Assembly (NCBI GenBank): GCA_963700145.1
Contig: OY969474.1
Span: forward strand, 800,001 to 864,000
Reading direction: 5' to 3'
DNA: 64,000 nt
From: an uncultured Acidobacteriota bacterium
GTDB taxonomy: Bacteria > Acidobacteriota > Thermoanaerobaculia > Multivoradales > UBA5704
Shown: one piece after another, positions 31,267 to 43,464 of the stretch
How positions within the stretch are numbered: position 1 is the stretch's first letter
Layout: every line of letters begins with the position of its first letter
Translations under genes and position numbers: made by a program
Notes under the pieces: model-generated
Databases searched by the model: none
What the model was told of the DNA's origin: nothing
The model's input: the letters and a program-made list of their open reading frames with translations, nothing else

Positions 31267-31976
31267 AGGGCACCTCCCGCGGGTCCGACGTGGACCTCTT
31301 CGACCACCGCTTTAGGATCGCCGTCGAGGGCGAAGGCGACGGCCCGCGCCACCTCCCGCGGCGGCACCATCCCGGAACGGTCCCACTCCCCCGGCACCCC
31401 CTCCCAGATCGCGGTGTCCACCGCCCCCGGGTAGAGGGCCACGATGCGCACGCCCGTCCCCGCGACCTCGGCGCGCAGCGCCGCCACCAGGCCGGCCACC
31501 CCCCACTTGCTGGCGCAGTAAGCCGACCAGCCGGGGAAGCCGCGGGTGGCGGCGACCGAGAGGAGGGGGAAGACCCACCCGCTTCCCCGCTCCACCATCG
31601 GCGGCAGGAAGACGCGCAGCAGGAGGAACGTGCCGGTGAGGTTGGTCTCGACGGTCTCGCGGAAGGCGTCGGGCGGCAGGTCGGCGAGCGGCGCCACGCG
31701 CGCCACCCCGGCGGCCGGCACCAGCACCTCGGCCGCTCCCCAGCGCCGCTCCACCTCCGCAGCCGCCCGCGCCACCGCCGCGGCGTCGGTGACGTCGCAG
31801 CGCAGCGCCAGGCCGATCTCCTCCTGCCCCGCCGCCGCCAGCGTCTCGGCGAGCGGTGCGTGGCGCCGGCCCAGCAGCGCCAGCGGATAAGCGCGCCGCG
31901 CCAGCTCAAGGGCGATGGCCCGCCCGATCCCCGACCCCCCGCCGCTCACCACCGCCGCGCCGCGCGCCGCCGCCAT
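31263..31976 (-). CDS. SDR-family NAD(P)-dependent oxidoreductase
   Basis: SGGGSGIG, YCASK and YPGAVDT motifs. Confidence 0.9.
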   Translation of the reverse strand: MAAARGAAVVSGGGSGIGRAIALELARRAYPLALLGRRHAPLAETLAAAGQEEIGLALRCDVTDAAAVARAAAEVERRWGAAEVLVPAAGVARVAPLADLPPDAFRETVETNLTGTFLLLRVFLPPMVERGSGWVFPLLSVAATRGFPGWSAYCASKWGVAGLVAALRAEVAGTGVRIVALYPGAVDTAIWEGVPGEWDRSGMVPPREVARAVAFALDGDPKAVVEEVHVGPAGGAL

Positions 31977-32130
31977 GGCGCGGAGGTTAGCAGGCAATCC
32001 GGCGGCGGAATAAATCGCCCGGCCGAGCGATTGGATCGGTCAGAACCTGCTCGCATCCTCTGCACGGCCCCCAGAGGTTCTCCAACCGCGGGGAGAGGTA
32101 GTTCGAGCTCCTCAGGAAGGAGGACAGCTC

Positions 32131-33738
32131 ATGTCCAAGCTACGCCTCTTGTCGGTCATCGTCGCCTCTCTGCTCCTGCCCCTGGACCCCGCCGCCGCCG
32201 CCCGCCCGGCCGACCCCGGGCCGCCGCCGCGGCTCTACGACCTCGATGTCGTCGCGCAACCCGAGGTGCGGCGCGACCTCGTGCCCGACGGGGACGAGGA
32301 GTTCCTCATCGAGGTAGACCCGGCGGCCGTCGCCGCCAACCCGCCGGCGTTCGTGATCGACCTCCCCGGCTCGTCCCCGCTGGTGGCCACCCGTACCCGC
32401 TTCGTCGAGTACGGTCCGGACTGGAAGAGCTGGTTCGGCGCAATCCGGCATGCTGGTGCCCCGGGCAAAGGCACCGGGTTCATCCATCTCGGCTATCACG
32501 GCGATCAGCTCACCGCCGTGATCGACTTCGCGGGCGAGCGCTACCGGATCGTGGGCGGTGGGGAGGAGAGCCACCGCTTGGTCCGGCTTTCCAACGAGCT
32601 GAGCCCGCAGCCCTGCGGCGTCGACGAGGTGGCCGACGCCGCCGCGGAGCCGCTGTTCGACGCTTCCGCGGTCGGGACGAACCAAGACGATGCGTCGCCC
32701 AGCACGGTGTTCGCCACGGTCACGATGACGACCCGCATCGACGTCCTCGCCGTCTATCCGAAGGCGTTCTTCACCATGACTTCCACGGTCGAGAGCTCGA
32801 TCTTCACCTTCGTGCAAGACTCCATCTCCCTGGCCAACAACGCCTTCGCCAACAGCAACGTCCCCGCCTACTACAACCTGGTCGGCATCGTGCCGGTCCT
32901 CGACGCCTCACAGCCCTTCAGCGGCGTCTCGAGCAGCCTCAGTTGGCTGAACGGCGAGCCCGCCGAGGTCACCGCCCTGCGCAACGCCTTCGGCGCCGAC
33001 GTCGTCACCGTCTACATCCCCTTCGGGTGGAGCAACCCGAACGTTTGCGGTATCGCCAACCTGCCCGGGGCCTTCACTCCCATCGGCCAGAAGGCGTACA
33101 CGGCCAACCGCAACGCCTGCGGCCTGAGCGACTTCACCCTGGGCCACGAGATCGGCCACAACTACGGGATGCGCCATGAGGACGACACCAGCTCCACCCC
33201 GCTGTTCTCGTTCGGCAAGGGTAAGCTGCTCACGGTCAGCGGCCAGCAGAAGGCGACGGTGATGGGCTGCACCTGTGGTCTTTCCCCCAAGCCCGCCTGC
33301 GGCTCCAACATCGCCGCCGGCGTCTGCAATCGCATCCCCCACTTCTCGGACCCGAACATCGCCTACCAGGGCGTCACGACCGGTGAGTCGGATCGCAACA
33401 ACGCGGAGGTCAGTCGCCTCCAGGTGGGCGGCTATGCCAACTTCCGCTCCGAGAGCCTGAACGGCCAGCCCACCGCGCAGTTCACCTACCAGCGCTGCGG
33501 TCGCGTCTTCTTCTTCAACGCCGGAAACTCCTTCGACGACGCACCGCTCCCTGCCGACGCCGCTAACTATCGCTGGGACTTCGGCGATGGGACGACTGGT
33601 ACCGGCAAGACCCCGGCGAAGCAGTACGCCTTCGACGGCGGATACCGGGTCCATCTGGTTGTCAAAGACAGCGGTGGCAAGACCGACGTCTATTGGTCAG
33701 GGGTGTTCGCTCAGGGTCCCTGTATAGGTCCGCTCTAG
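32131..33738 (+). CDS. Secreted reprolysin-like (M12B) zinc metallopeptidase with C-terminal PKD domain
   Basis: Signal peptide; HEIGHNYGMRH, Met-turn TVM, WDFGDG. Confidence 0.85.
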   Translation: MSKLRLLSVIVASLLLPLDPAAAARPADPGPPPRLYDLDVVAQPEVRRDLVPDGDEEFLIEVDPAAVAANPPAFVIDLPGSSPLVATRTRFVEYGPDWKSWFGAIRHAGAPGKGTGFIHLGYHGDQLTAVIDFAGERYRIVGGGEESHRLVRLSNELSPQPCGVDEVADAAAEPLFDASAVGTNQDDASPSTVFATVTMTTRIDVLAVYPKAFFTMTSTVESSIFTFVQDSISLANNAFANSNVPAYYNLVGIVPVLDASQPFSGVSSSLSWLNGEPAEVTALRNAFGADVVTVYIPFGWSNPNVCGIANLPGAFTPIGQKAYTANRNACGLSDFTLGHEIGHNYGMRHEDDTSSTPLFSFGKGKLLTVSGQQKATVMGCTCGLSPKPACGSNIAAGVCNRIPHFSDPNIAYQGVTTGESDRNNAEVSRLQVGGYANFRSESLNGQPTAQFTYQRCGRVFFFNAGNSFDDAPLPADAANYRWDFGDGTTGTGKTPAKQYAFDGGYRVHLVVKDSGGKTDVYWSGVFAQGPCIGPL

Positions 33739-33747
33739 CCCGTAGAG

Positions 33748-33788
33748 TCGGCCCCGCCGAGCGCGCGCTGGCGGGGCCGATTAGTATT
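33748..33788 (+). terminator. Terminator-like hairpin
   Basis: 11-bp stem 33748-33758/33770-33780 followed by a T-rich tail. Confidence 0.5.
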
Positions 33789-33811
33789 GCGGCACGAACC
33801 CAGGAGGACAC

Positions 33812-35620
33812 ATGGCGAAAGAGCGTTCGACCGATGTCCCTGGCGCGCCGCCGGCGCGCGACGGCGGCGCGCCGTCCACCGACCTGAGCCGCCGCAACTT
33901 CCTCCGCCTCGGCGCCCTGGCCGGCGCCGGCGCGCCACTCGCCGGGCTGCTCCACTCCACTCCTGCCGGCGCCGAGACGCCGACCTACGAGGCGAACGGC
34001 GACTTCGAGGAGACCACCATCGCCGAGATGCTGGCCGGCATGGAGAGCGGCGACATCTCGTCGGCCGAGCTGGTCGACTTCTATCTCGACCGTATCGCGC
34101 GGCTGGACCAGGGCGGCCCCAACGTCAACTCGATCATCGAGCTCAACCCGCAGGCGCGCGGGCTGGCGCGCAACCGCGACTCCGAGCGCCGCGCCGGCCA
34201 CCCGCGCGGCCCGCTCCATGGCCTCCCTGTCGTGATCAAGGACAACATCGACACCCGCGACCAGATGCAGACCACCGCCGGCTCGCTCGCCCTGGTCGGC
34301 GCCCCGGCGCTTCAGGACGCCACCGTGGCGCGCAAGCTCAAGCAGGCCGGGGCGATCATCCTCGGCAAGGCAAACCTCTCCGAGTGGGCCAACTTCCGCG
34401 GCTTCAACTCCTCGAGCGGTTGGAGCGGCCGCGGCCAGCAGACGAAGAATCCCTACGTCCTCGACCGCAACCCCTGCGGCTCCTCCTCTGGCTCCGCGGC
34501 GGCGGTCTCGGCCAACTTCGCCGCCGCCGCGCTCGGCACCGAGACGGACGGCTCGATCGTCTGCCCCTCGCACGCCAATGGCGTTGTCGGCATCAAGCCG
34601 ACGGTGGGGCTGACCAGCCGCGCCGGTGTCGTCCCGATCTCCCACACTCAGGACACCGTCGGCCCGCACGGACGCACGGTGGCCGACGCGGCGGCGCTCC
34701 TTGGCGTCCTTACCGGCGTCGATCCGCGCGACCCGGCGACCAACCGGAGCGCCGGACACTTCCACACCGACTACACCCAGTTCCTGGACCCGGACGGCCT
34801 CGCCGGAGCGCGGATCGGTGTCTTCCGCAGGAACGTGACCCTGTACAGCAATGAGACCGACGCGATCTTCGAGGAGGCGCTCGCGGCCATGGAGGACGCC
34901 GGCGCGGTGCTCGTCGACCCGGCCGACGTACCCACCATCGACCAGCTACTCGAAGATCCTGCCGAGATCATCGTCTTGATCTGGGAATTCAAGCGCGACC
35001 TCAATGCCTACCTAGCCACCCGCACGGGGGTGCCGGTCCACAACTTGGCCGACGTCATCGCGTTCAACATCGCGCATGCCGGCGTCGAGCTCAAATGGTT
35101 CGGCCAGGAGCTTTTGGAGGCCGCCGAGTTCGAGATCTTCACCGAGCAGGAGTACCTCGCCGCCCTCGAGCGCGGGCCCCGGCTCGCCGGCCCGGAGGGG
35201 ATCGACGCGGTGCTTGCGCAGTTCGACCTCGACGCCCTCGTCGCCCCGACCGGCTCCCCCGCCTGGCCGACCGACCTGATCAACGGCGACCACTTCCTCG
35301 GCGCCAGCTCGACGGCGGCGGCCATGGCCGGCTACCCGCTGATCAACGTCACGGCGGGCTTCACCTTCGGGCTGCCGGTGGGGATCAGCTTCATGGCCGG
35401 GGCGTTCAGCGAGCCGACGCTGATCAAGCTGGCCTCCGGCTTCGAGCACGTGGTCAACCCGCGGCGGGCGCCGAAGTTCCTGCCGCCGCTGAAGCTCCCG
35501 ACCCGCAACGATCCGACCGCCCCGGTGCGGGCGGCGTCCCGTGCGGCGGGCCCGCGGCGGCTGGAGCTGATGGCGGAGCGGCTGACGCCGCGGCAGCGGC
35601 GGCTCCTGCGGCTGCTCTAG
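33812..35620 (+). CDS. Tat-exported amidase-signature family protein
   Basis: SRRNFL twin-arginine signal; IKDNID, GSSSGS and GTETDGSI motifs. Confidence 0.9.
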   Translation: MAKERSTDVPGAPPARDGGAPSTDLSRRNFLRLGALAGAGAPLAGLLHSTPAGAETPTYEANGDFEETTIAEMLAGMESGDISSAELVDFYLDRIARLDQGGPNVNSIIELNPQARGLARNRDSERRAGHPRGPLHGLPVVIKDNIDTRDQMQTTAGSLALVGAPALQDATVARKLKQAGAIILGKANLSEWANFRGFNSSSGWSGRGQQTKNPYVLDRNPCGSSSGSAAAVSANFAAAALGTETDGSIVCPSHANGVVGIKPTVGLTSRAGVVPISHTQDTVGPHGRTVADAAALLGVLTGVDPRDPATNRSAGHFHTDYTQFLDPDGLAGARIGVFRRNVTLYSNETDAIFEEALAAMEDAGAVLVDPADVPTIDQLLEDPAEIIVLIWEFKRDLNAYLATRTGVPVHNLADVIAFNIAHAGVELKWFGQELLEAAEFEIFTEQEYLAALERGPRLAGPEGIDAVLAQFDLDALVAPTGSPAWPTDLINGDHFLGASSTAAAMAGYPLINVTAGFTFGLPVGISFMAGAFSEPTLIKLASGFEHVVNPRRAPKFLPPLKLPTRNDPTAPVRAASRAAGPRRLELMAERLTPRQRRLLRLL

Positions 35621-36032
35621 CGAGGCAGCACAGGGCGCGCAGCAGGAGAACACGAGGAGGACCGCAGTGACCGCCGCGGCCCCGAATCCTCAGTCCGGCG
35701 CTCGGGGGCACACAGCGGCCCGAGCAATCCGCCGGCGAAGGGGGCGGCCCGGGTGCGGCGGGGGCCAGCGCTGCCGATGGCCCCCCGCCAGCGTCTTCCG
35801 TCGCCCGGACCGCCTCGTGCTCGCGGTCCAGCCCTGGAGCCCTTCCGGGCGATCACCTCGCGCATGGCCTCTCTACCCTAAGTGAACAAAAGTGCGGAGC
35901 GCAGCGACCAGTAACCTCCCAGCGAAGCCATTCCGGGTGACCTCTCGGAGAAGCTCGTCGGCTCACCTGTATTATGGAAGACTAACGCTAAAGGGCGCCG
36001 GCAGCGAAAGGCGCGGTCAGGAGGATCATCTC

Positions 36033-37358
36033 TTGTGGAAAGATCTTGGCTTTACCGACAGCCCTTATGATGCCCGGCCTCTCCGACCCGTACCAGACGA
36101 CGTCGATCTTCTCGTGGGGCGCAATGAAGAGGCCATCTCGCTTTATACAGCCCTTGATCTGTCACGCGAGGGCGTTCTGGTTCTTTCCGGCCCTCCGGGA
36201 GTTGGCAAGACAAGTTTCCTTAACATTCAGCAGCACCTTCTTTCTACTGACCGAGCCCCATTTGGACCGCGACTTCTGCCAGCAATGCAGCTTTGCCCAA
36301 TTTATCCAGGCGATGACGCTAAGGCAATCGCGCTGCGCGCCCTGGATGCTCTCATTGCCTCTGTCGAAACCCACTGCTCTCTAGCAAAAGCAAAAATCCC
36401 GCCCCAGACTAAGAAACTCGTCAAGTGGGCGAAGAGCACTGGCGGCGGCTTTGAAATTGGCCTTCAGCTCTTTGGATTCGGCGGCACTGTCGGCCGAACA
36501 ACCACCTTGCCCCCGGTAACCGAGAGCTCTTTTGAAAGTATAGCCGATGCAGTGGCCGTCGTGGTTTATGAAGTCCGAGAAATTCTCCATTTTGAAGGCG
36601 CCCTACTCATACTGGATAATATCGAGAACCTACCCGACCGCAAACTTCAGGATGTGCTCTTGACATTTCGCGACACCCTCTTTATGACTCCTCTTGCTTG
36701 GTGGATTATAATTGGCCAGAGCGGCTTGGCTAGTCTTATTCAGACTCTAGAGCCGCGACTATCTGATCGTCTCGCGGGCACCGGCCTGGAACTTCGTCCT
36801 CTCACATTTGAGGAGCTCGAAACCGCAATTGCACGACGTGTTGCGCGGTTTAACCTAGCAAAAGAGGCGAAAAGTCCGCTTCCTGAGAGCATTCATCGCG
36901 AGCTCTATGATGCGTCAAGAGGAGAAATACGATTCGTCTTCAAATATAGCGCCTCGATATGCGCCAAGTTTCTCGAGGAAGTTAGGAAGGTTCTGGTTGA
37001 CGTGAGTGGCCATAAACGCGCGGCTGCTCTTTCGAATACCATCGCGAAACAACTCATCAATAATCAGATACCGACGCAATACGCGCAAAGGTTGCTCAAA
37101 CAGATCGTGGCGCAGGAAATTGGAGGCCTCAGTCTAAAGCATAAAGACAAGGAAGTGTTGCGAACGCTTTACAAGCGAAAGGAGGCGCGTGCTAGCGACT
37201 TCAGAGAGTTTGGGTTCAAAACTATTCAGGCTTTCAGTAGCAATTATCTCAGCTCTCTTTATCAGCAGCACCTGCTCTCACGTCGACAGGAGGGCACCGC
37301 CGTGTTTTATAGTTTGCGCGGAATTGCCGCGATTGCCGCTAAAAATGATCTCCTGTAG
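36033..37358 (+). CDS. Orphan P-loop AAA+ ATPase with C-terminal winged helix (AT-richer gene)
   Basis: AGGAGG RBS then TTG 36033; LVGRNEE, GPPGVGKT and LILDNIE motifs; wHTH-like end (LYQQHLLSRRQEG..VFYSL). Confidence 0.75.
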   Translation: MWKDLGFTDSPYDARPLRPVPDDVDLLVGRNEEAISLYTALDLSREGVLVLSGPPGVGKTSFLNIQQHLLSTDRAPFGPRLLPAMQLCPIYPGDDAKAIALRALDALIASVETHCSLAKAKIPPQTKKLVKWAKSTGGGFEIGLQLFGFGGTVGRTTTLPPVTESSFESIADAVAVVVYEVREILHFEGALLILDNIENLPDRKLQDVLLTFRDTLFMTPLAWWIIIGQSGLASLIQTLEPRLSDRLAGTGLELRPLTFEELETAIARRVARFNLAKEAKSPLPESIHRELYDASRGEIRFVFKYSASICAKFLEEVRKVLVDVSGHKRAAALSNTIAKQLINNQIPTQYAQRLLKQIVAQEIGGLSLKHKDKEVLRTLYKRKEARASDFREFGFKTIQAFSSNYLSSLYQQHLLSRRQEGTAVFYSLRGIAAIAAKNDLL

Positions 37359-37541
37359 CAGTTCGGAGGGGAATCTCGGCGAAGGGCATCTCCTCTCAGA
37401 GACAGCTCCGCAAGCGCTTACCGGCAGAGTGCCGGCTACCCGGTAGGACTGCGATCCTCCCGATCCAGTACTGGCGATCGAGGAGCGGTCGAACAGTGCC
37501 CACGGCACGCGAAGGTGTGCTCGCCCTCGATTCTCAAGCGC

Positions 37542-38513
37542 TCATTCTCGGTTTCCCTCGTCGTGCGTCACGAACCGGACCAGCGGCCGCGGCTCGCGCA
37601 GCACGGTGAGCTGGAAGACGTCCGGCCGCGCGTAGTGGCCGGCGACGTCGAGCTGCCAGCGCGGCCCGGCCACCCGGCGGGGGTCCACCTCGGCGTAGAG
37701 GATCGTCTCCCGCTCGCGCACCGGGCCCGCGACGAGCTTGCCGTCGGGGTCGGCCACCGCGCTGTCGCCCGGGTTGATCCACTCGCCGCCCCCTTGCAGG
37801 TAGCGCTCCTTGAAGGCGTAGCGGTCGGGAACGTCGTCGCGCCGCACGGCGCTGCAGCAGCCGACGGCGTAGACCCGCCCCTCCTTGGCGATGTGGCGGA
37901 GCGTCGAGAGCCAGGGCTCGCCGCGATCCCAGGTGGGCGCCAGCCAGAGCTCGACGCCGGCGGCGTAGAGCGCGTAGCGGGCGAGCGGCATGTAGTTCTC
38001 CCAGCAGACCAGGCCGCCCACCCGGCCGAAAGGGAGCTGGTGGACCGCCAGAGTGCTGCCGTCGCCCTGGCCGTAGACCAGCCGCTCGCCGCCGGTGGGG
38101 ACGAGCTTCCGGTGGCAGCCGAGGAGGCGCCCCTCGGCATCGAGGAGGAGCAGCGAGTTGTAGAGCGTCGAGCCGCTGGCTTCGGCGTTGCGCTCGTTGA
38201 TGCCGATCGCCACCGCCACCCCGGCGGCGCGCGCCGCCGCGCCGAGCCGCTCGGTCTCCGGACCGGGCACCGCGACCGACTGGTCGAGCAGCTCGGCGTA
38301 GAGCGCGCGCAGCGTCGCCGTGTCCCCCGCCGGCACCGACCAGACCCAAAACGGGTAGGTCGGCAAGAACGCCTCGGGGAAGACGGCGAGGCGCGCCCCC
38401 GCGGCGCCGGCCTCGGCGATCAGCGCGCACGCCTTCTCGAGCGTCGCCTCGCGGTCGAGGAAGACCGGCGCCGCCTGCACCGCGGCGATGGTGAACGGCG
38501 CGGCCTCGGGCAC
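37542..38513 (-). CDS. Nitrilase/carbon-nitrogen hydrolase
   Basis: FPEAF, HRKLVPT and CWENYMPLAR (Glu-Lys-Cys triad); DVAGHYARPD. Confidence 0.92.
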   Translation of the reverse strand: MPEAAPFTIAAVQAAPVFLDREATLEKACALIAEAGAAGARLAVFPEAFLPTYPFWVWSVPAGDTATLRALYAELLDQSVAVPGPETERLGAAARAAGVAVAIGINERNAEASGSTLYNSLLLLDAEGRLLGCHRKLVPTGGERLVYGQGDGSTLAVHQLPFGRVGGLVCWENYMPLARYALYAAGVELWLAPTWDRGEPWLSTLRHIAKEGRVYAVGCCSAVRRDDVPDRYAFKERYLQGGGEWINPGDSAVADPDGKLVAGPVRERETILYAEVDPRRVAGPRWQLDVAGHYARPDVFQLTVLREPRPLVRFVTHDEGNRE

Positions 38514-38536
38514 GCGCGCATTGTAGTGTCAGGCAC

Positions 38537-39932
<1,396 letters not shown>

Positions 39933-39955
<23 letters not shown>

Positions 39956-42900
39956 CGCGCGCCTCGAAGTCGAAGAGCACGTTGCTGGGGTCGGCGAAAC
40001 GCAGGGTGCGCGACCAGGAGGTCTCGCCCGGCGTCAGGTCCTCGCCCAGCACCGGGCCGGCGTAGCTGAAGGCCGCCGCGTCGGCCTCGCTGGTGCCGCC
40101 GCGGCCGTTGTCGGCGTTGATCACCCGGACGTCGCCGGTCGAGGCGTCGATGCCGACGATCTCGAGGCTGACCGGGTTGAGCAGCGTCTCCGCCGACTCG
40201 TTGACCAGCACCGCGTCGACCTCGAAGACGCCGTCGGCGAGGTCGGCGCGGACAACCCGGACGCTGACGCCGGAGGCGGTGAAGGCCGTCCGGTGGTCGA
40301 CCTGGACCGCCTGCGTGTTGCCCGGCTGCTCGATGTAGGTGCAGAGGGCGCCCGGGAACTCCGACCGCACGCGGAAGGCGTACTGGCCGTCGGACAAGCC
40401 GGAGACGGCGAGCGTCGTGGTGGCGCCGTCCACGCGGGCGATCTCCGTCCAGGCCCCGCCGCCGGCGCTGCGCTCGACGCGGTAGCCGGTCTCGCCGCCG
40501 ACGCCGGTCCAGGCGAGGGTGAAGCCGCCGTCGAAGTCGACGTGGTCGCCGTCCTGCTCGGTGTACTCGGTGGCGATGGCGGCGAGGGTCGCCGCCCCGA
40601 CGTCGGCGCCGATGTGCTTGTCCACCGTCAGCGTGAAGCTGCCGCCGGCGTTGACGTAGTTGATCACCCGGAAGACGTAGGTGCCGGGGATGGTGACCGC
40701 CACGTCCACGCTCTCGACGCCGCCAGGGACCCCGGAGCTGTCGATCAGGTTGCCGTTGGGGTCGTAGAGCTCGAGGTCGAGGTCGGGGTAGCCGACGTTG
40801 GTCACCTCGTCGGACTCCAGCAGGCCGGCCAGCCGGAAGGTGCCGCCCGCCACCTCGACCGGCAGGTCCACCGACTGCTCCCCCTGCCCCGCCGCGCTGG
40901 AGCCCAGGCCGAGGGTGCCCTCGCGGACCTCGGTCTCCACCCGCGTGCCGCCGGCGCCGGCCGGCGCCGAGGGAGCGGCGCGGTAGAAGAAGGGCATCGA
41001 CAGCCGCTCGCTGCCGTCGGTCCGGTCGGCGACGACGAACCACTGGATGTCGAGCTGCGGCTCGGCGGTGACCACGGTGCCGTCCACCGTCACGGTGGCG
41101 GTGAAGGTCGCCGAGCCGCCGGCCGGCACGCTGACGCTTGTCGGTGAAACGCTGGCCGAGACGCCGGCGTGCGACAGCTCACGGTTGTCCGCGACCGAGA
41201 GGGTGTAGGCCCCGCCGGTGCCGCGCAGGTCGCGGATGGTGACCTGCACGCTCCGGCTGTTCGTGCACTGGTTGTTGATGACCGGCGCGGCGCCGAAGGA
41301 GTGGCTGCCGAGGATGCCCGGCGCCGCGATGCCGTCGCCGGCGACGCCCATCAGCGCCTTGGCGCGCGCGGCGCGGACGACGTCGACGTAGCCGCCCCCC
41401 TGGGCGTGGACCTTGGGGTTCTGCGTGCCGAAGGTGTCCGGCACGCCGGCAGCGTCGCGCATCGGCGTCGAGGTGTTGATCAGCGCCGTCCGCACCATGT
41501 CCGGCGTCCAGGTGGGGTTGGCCTGCTTGATCTGGGCGGCGGCGCCGGCGACGTGCGGCGAGGCCATGCTGGTGCCGCTGATCGTGCCGTAGGTGAGGCC
41601 GTCGTCGGTGGTGATGGCGCCGATGACGCTGGTCGGCGGCACTCCGGCCAGGATGTTGGTGCCCGGCGCCGAGAGGTCGGGCTTGACCTGGCCGAGGCCG
41701 ATCACCGGGCCGCGCGAGCTGGAGCCGTTCATCGCGGTGCGGAACTGGCCGACCGCCCCCTTGAGCGTGATCGTCCCGGCCGAGACGTCGCCGTGCTGCG
41801 GGTTGGGGCCGATCAGGCTGAGCAGGTAGGCGGCGTCCGCCTCCTTGATGATCGTGGCGGGGATCGTCGACTTGACCGCCGTCGCGTTCTCGGTCTCGTC
41901 GTCGATGAACAGCACCGCCACCGCCCCCGCGAGGGCGGCGTTGTTGGCGATCTCGCCGAAGAGCCCCACGGCGTGGCCGAAGCGGACGAGCGCGATGCGG
42001 CCGGCCGCGCCGGCCGGGTAGTCGGCGGCGGTGAGCGAATCGGCGACGTAGCAGAATTGCGCGCTGAGGCCTGCTGCGGGCGGCGACGGCGTCCCGGCCA
42101 TCGGGAAGGTCACGATGTCGCTGCGGGCGCCGGCGTCGACGAACCAGTTGGCCGCCGAGCCGGGGTCGGTGGCGTTGCCGACCGAGATTACGTGCCGGCC
42201 GACCGAGGGGGATCCCACGATCCCCGGGACGTCGCCGGAGTTGCCGGCCGCCGCCACGACGATGGCGCCCATCAGGGCGGCGTTGGAGGCCGCCGCCGCG
42301 GTCGGATCGTCGGGCTGGCCGAAGGTCGAGCCCAAGCTCATGTTGATGACGTGCGCGACCGGCTTGGGGAAGCCGGTCAGGGTGCGCGGCGAGACCGAGT
42401 CCTCGAGCGCCAGGACGATGTCGCCCAGGCACTCGCCGATGAGGCCGACCCCGACCACGCTGCCGGCGACGTTGGCGGCGAAGAGAGTGTCGGAGCAGAC
42501 CTTGTAGCTCATCAGCTTCGCCTGCGGCGCCACCCCGTGAACGGGCACGTCGTCGGCGGTGGTCGGCACGCCGTCACCGCCGGGCTCGAAGCCGAGATAG
42601 CCGACGGCGGTGGTGGCGACGTGGGTGCCGTGGCCGATGCCGTCTTCGACCACCCAGTCCATCATCGGCAGGTTGTAGATCACCTTCTTGTTCGCCGGCA
42701 CCAGGGGCGAGGCGGGCGCCAGCCCGAGGCGCGGCGGCGTCGGGTCGCCGCCGAACATCTCGTGCTGCCACTCGATGCCGCTGTCGATGACCGACATCAC
42801 GATTCCCTGCCCCTCGTACCCCTCGCGCAGGTCGTCGAAGGGGTTCAGCTCGGGGACGCCGCCGTAGAGCTCCGGCGCGCGAATGAAGGGGACGCTGCGG

Positions 42901-43328
42901 TCGAGGGCGATGGTGGGGTGGCGCACCCGGTGGACGTTCTTGACCCCGGAGACGCCGCGCAGCCGGGCCACGTCGGCGGGCGAGACGGTCAGCGTGAAGC
43001 CGTTGTAGACCAAGGTGTAGCGCCGCTGCACCGCCGTCGGCAGGCCGGTCGCGCCCGGCACGGAGACCGTGGCGATCGCGGCCGGGATGCCGGCGGCGGC
43101 GATGCGGGTGAGCACGACGTTCTGGGCAGTGGTGAGCTGCGCGCGGTAGGCCGCGAGCGCGGCGTCGGAGACCGTCAGCCCTTGCTTGAGTTGGCGCGCC
43201 CGCCAGACCGCACCGGGCTCGCCCTGCAGCTCGACGATGACGCTGGTCGTGGTCGCCGCCCAGGCCGCGCCGCCCACGAACAGGAGCGCCAGCCCGGCAA
43301 CCAGGAAACGGAGTGTGCGAGAAGACAT
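39933..43328 (-). CDS. Secreted S8 subtilisin-like serine protease (I9 prodomain, PA domain, C-terminal Ig/FN3 domains)
   Basis: VIDSG, GHGTHVA, AAGNSG and GTSMASPHVAG motifs; signal peptide from MSSRTLRF. Confidence 0.92.
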
Positions 43329-43464
43329 GTTGACGTCCCTCCCCAGGGTTTGGTGGTCGGGGAGGTGGTCCAACGCAGGCTGCCCCTCCCCTCGCCACTA
43401 CCCTAGGCAGGACGCCGCCGCCGGACCATGAGGAAGGCCCCCCAGGCCGGGCGGGGTGTTTCCC

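Noticed and set aside
35667-35885. 72-aa ORF with a good RBS after the Tat amidase
   Set aside because: No recognisable motif; may be a truncated gene start at the island edge but cannot be supported
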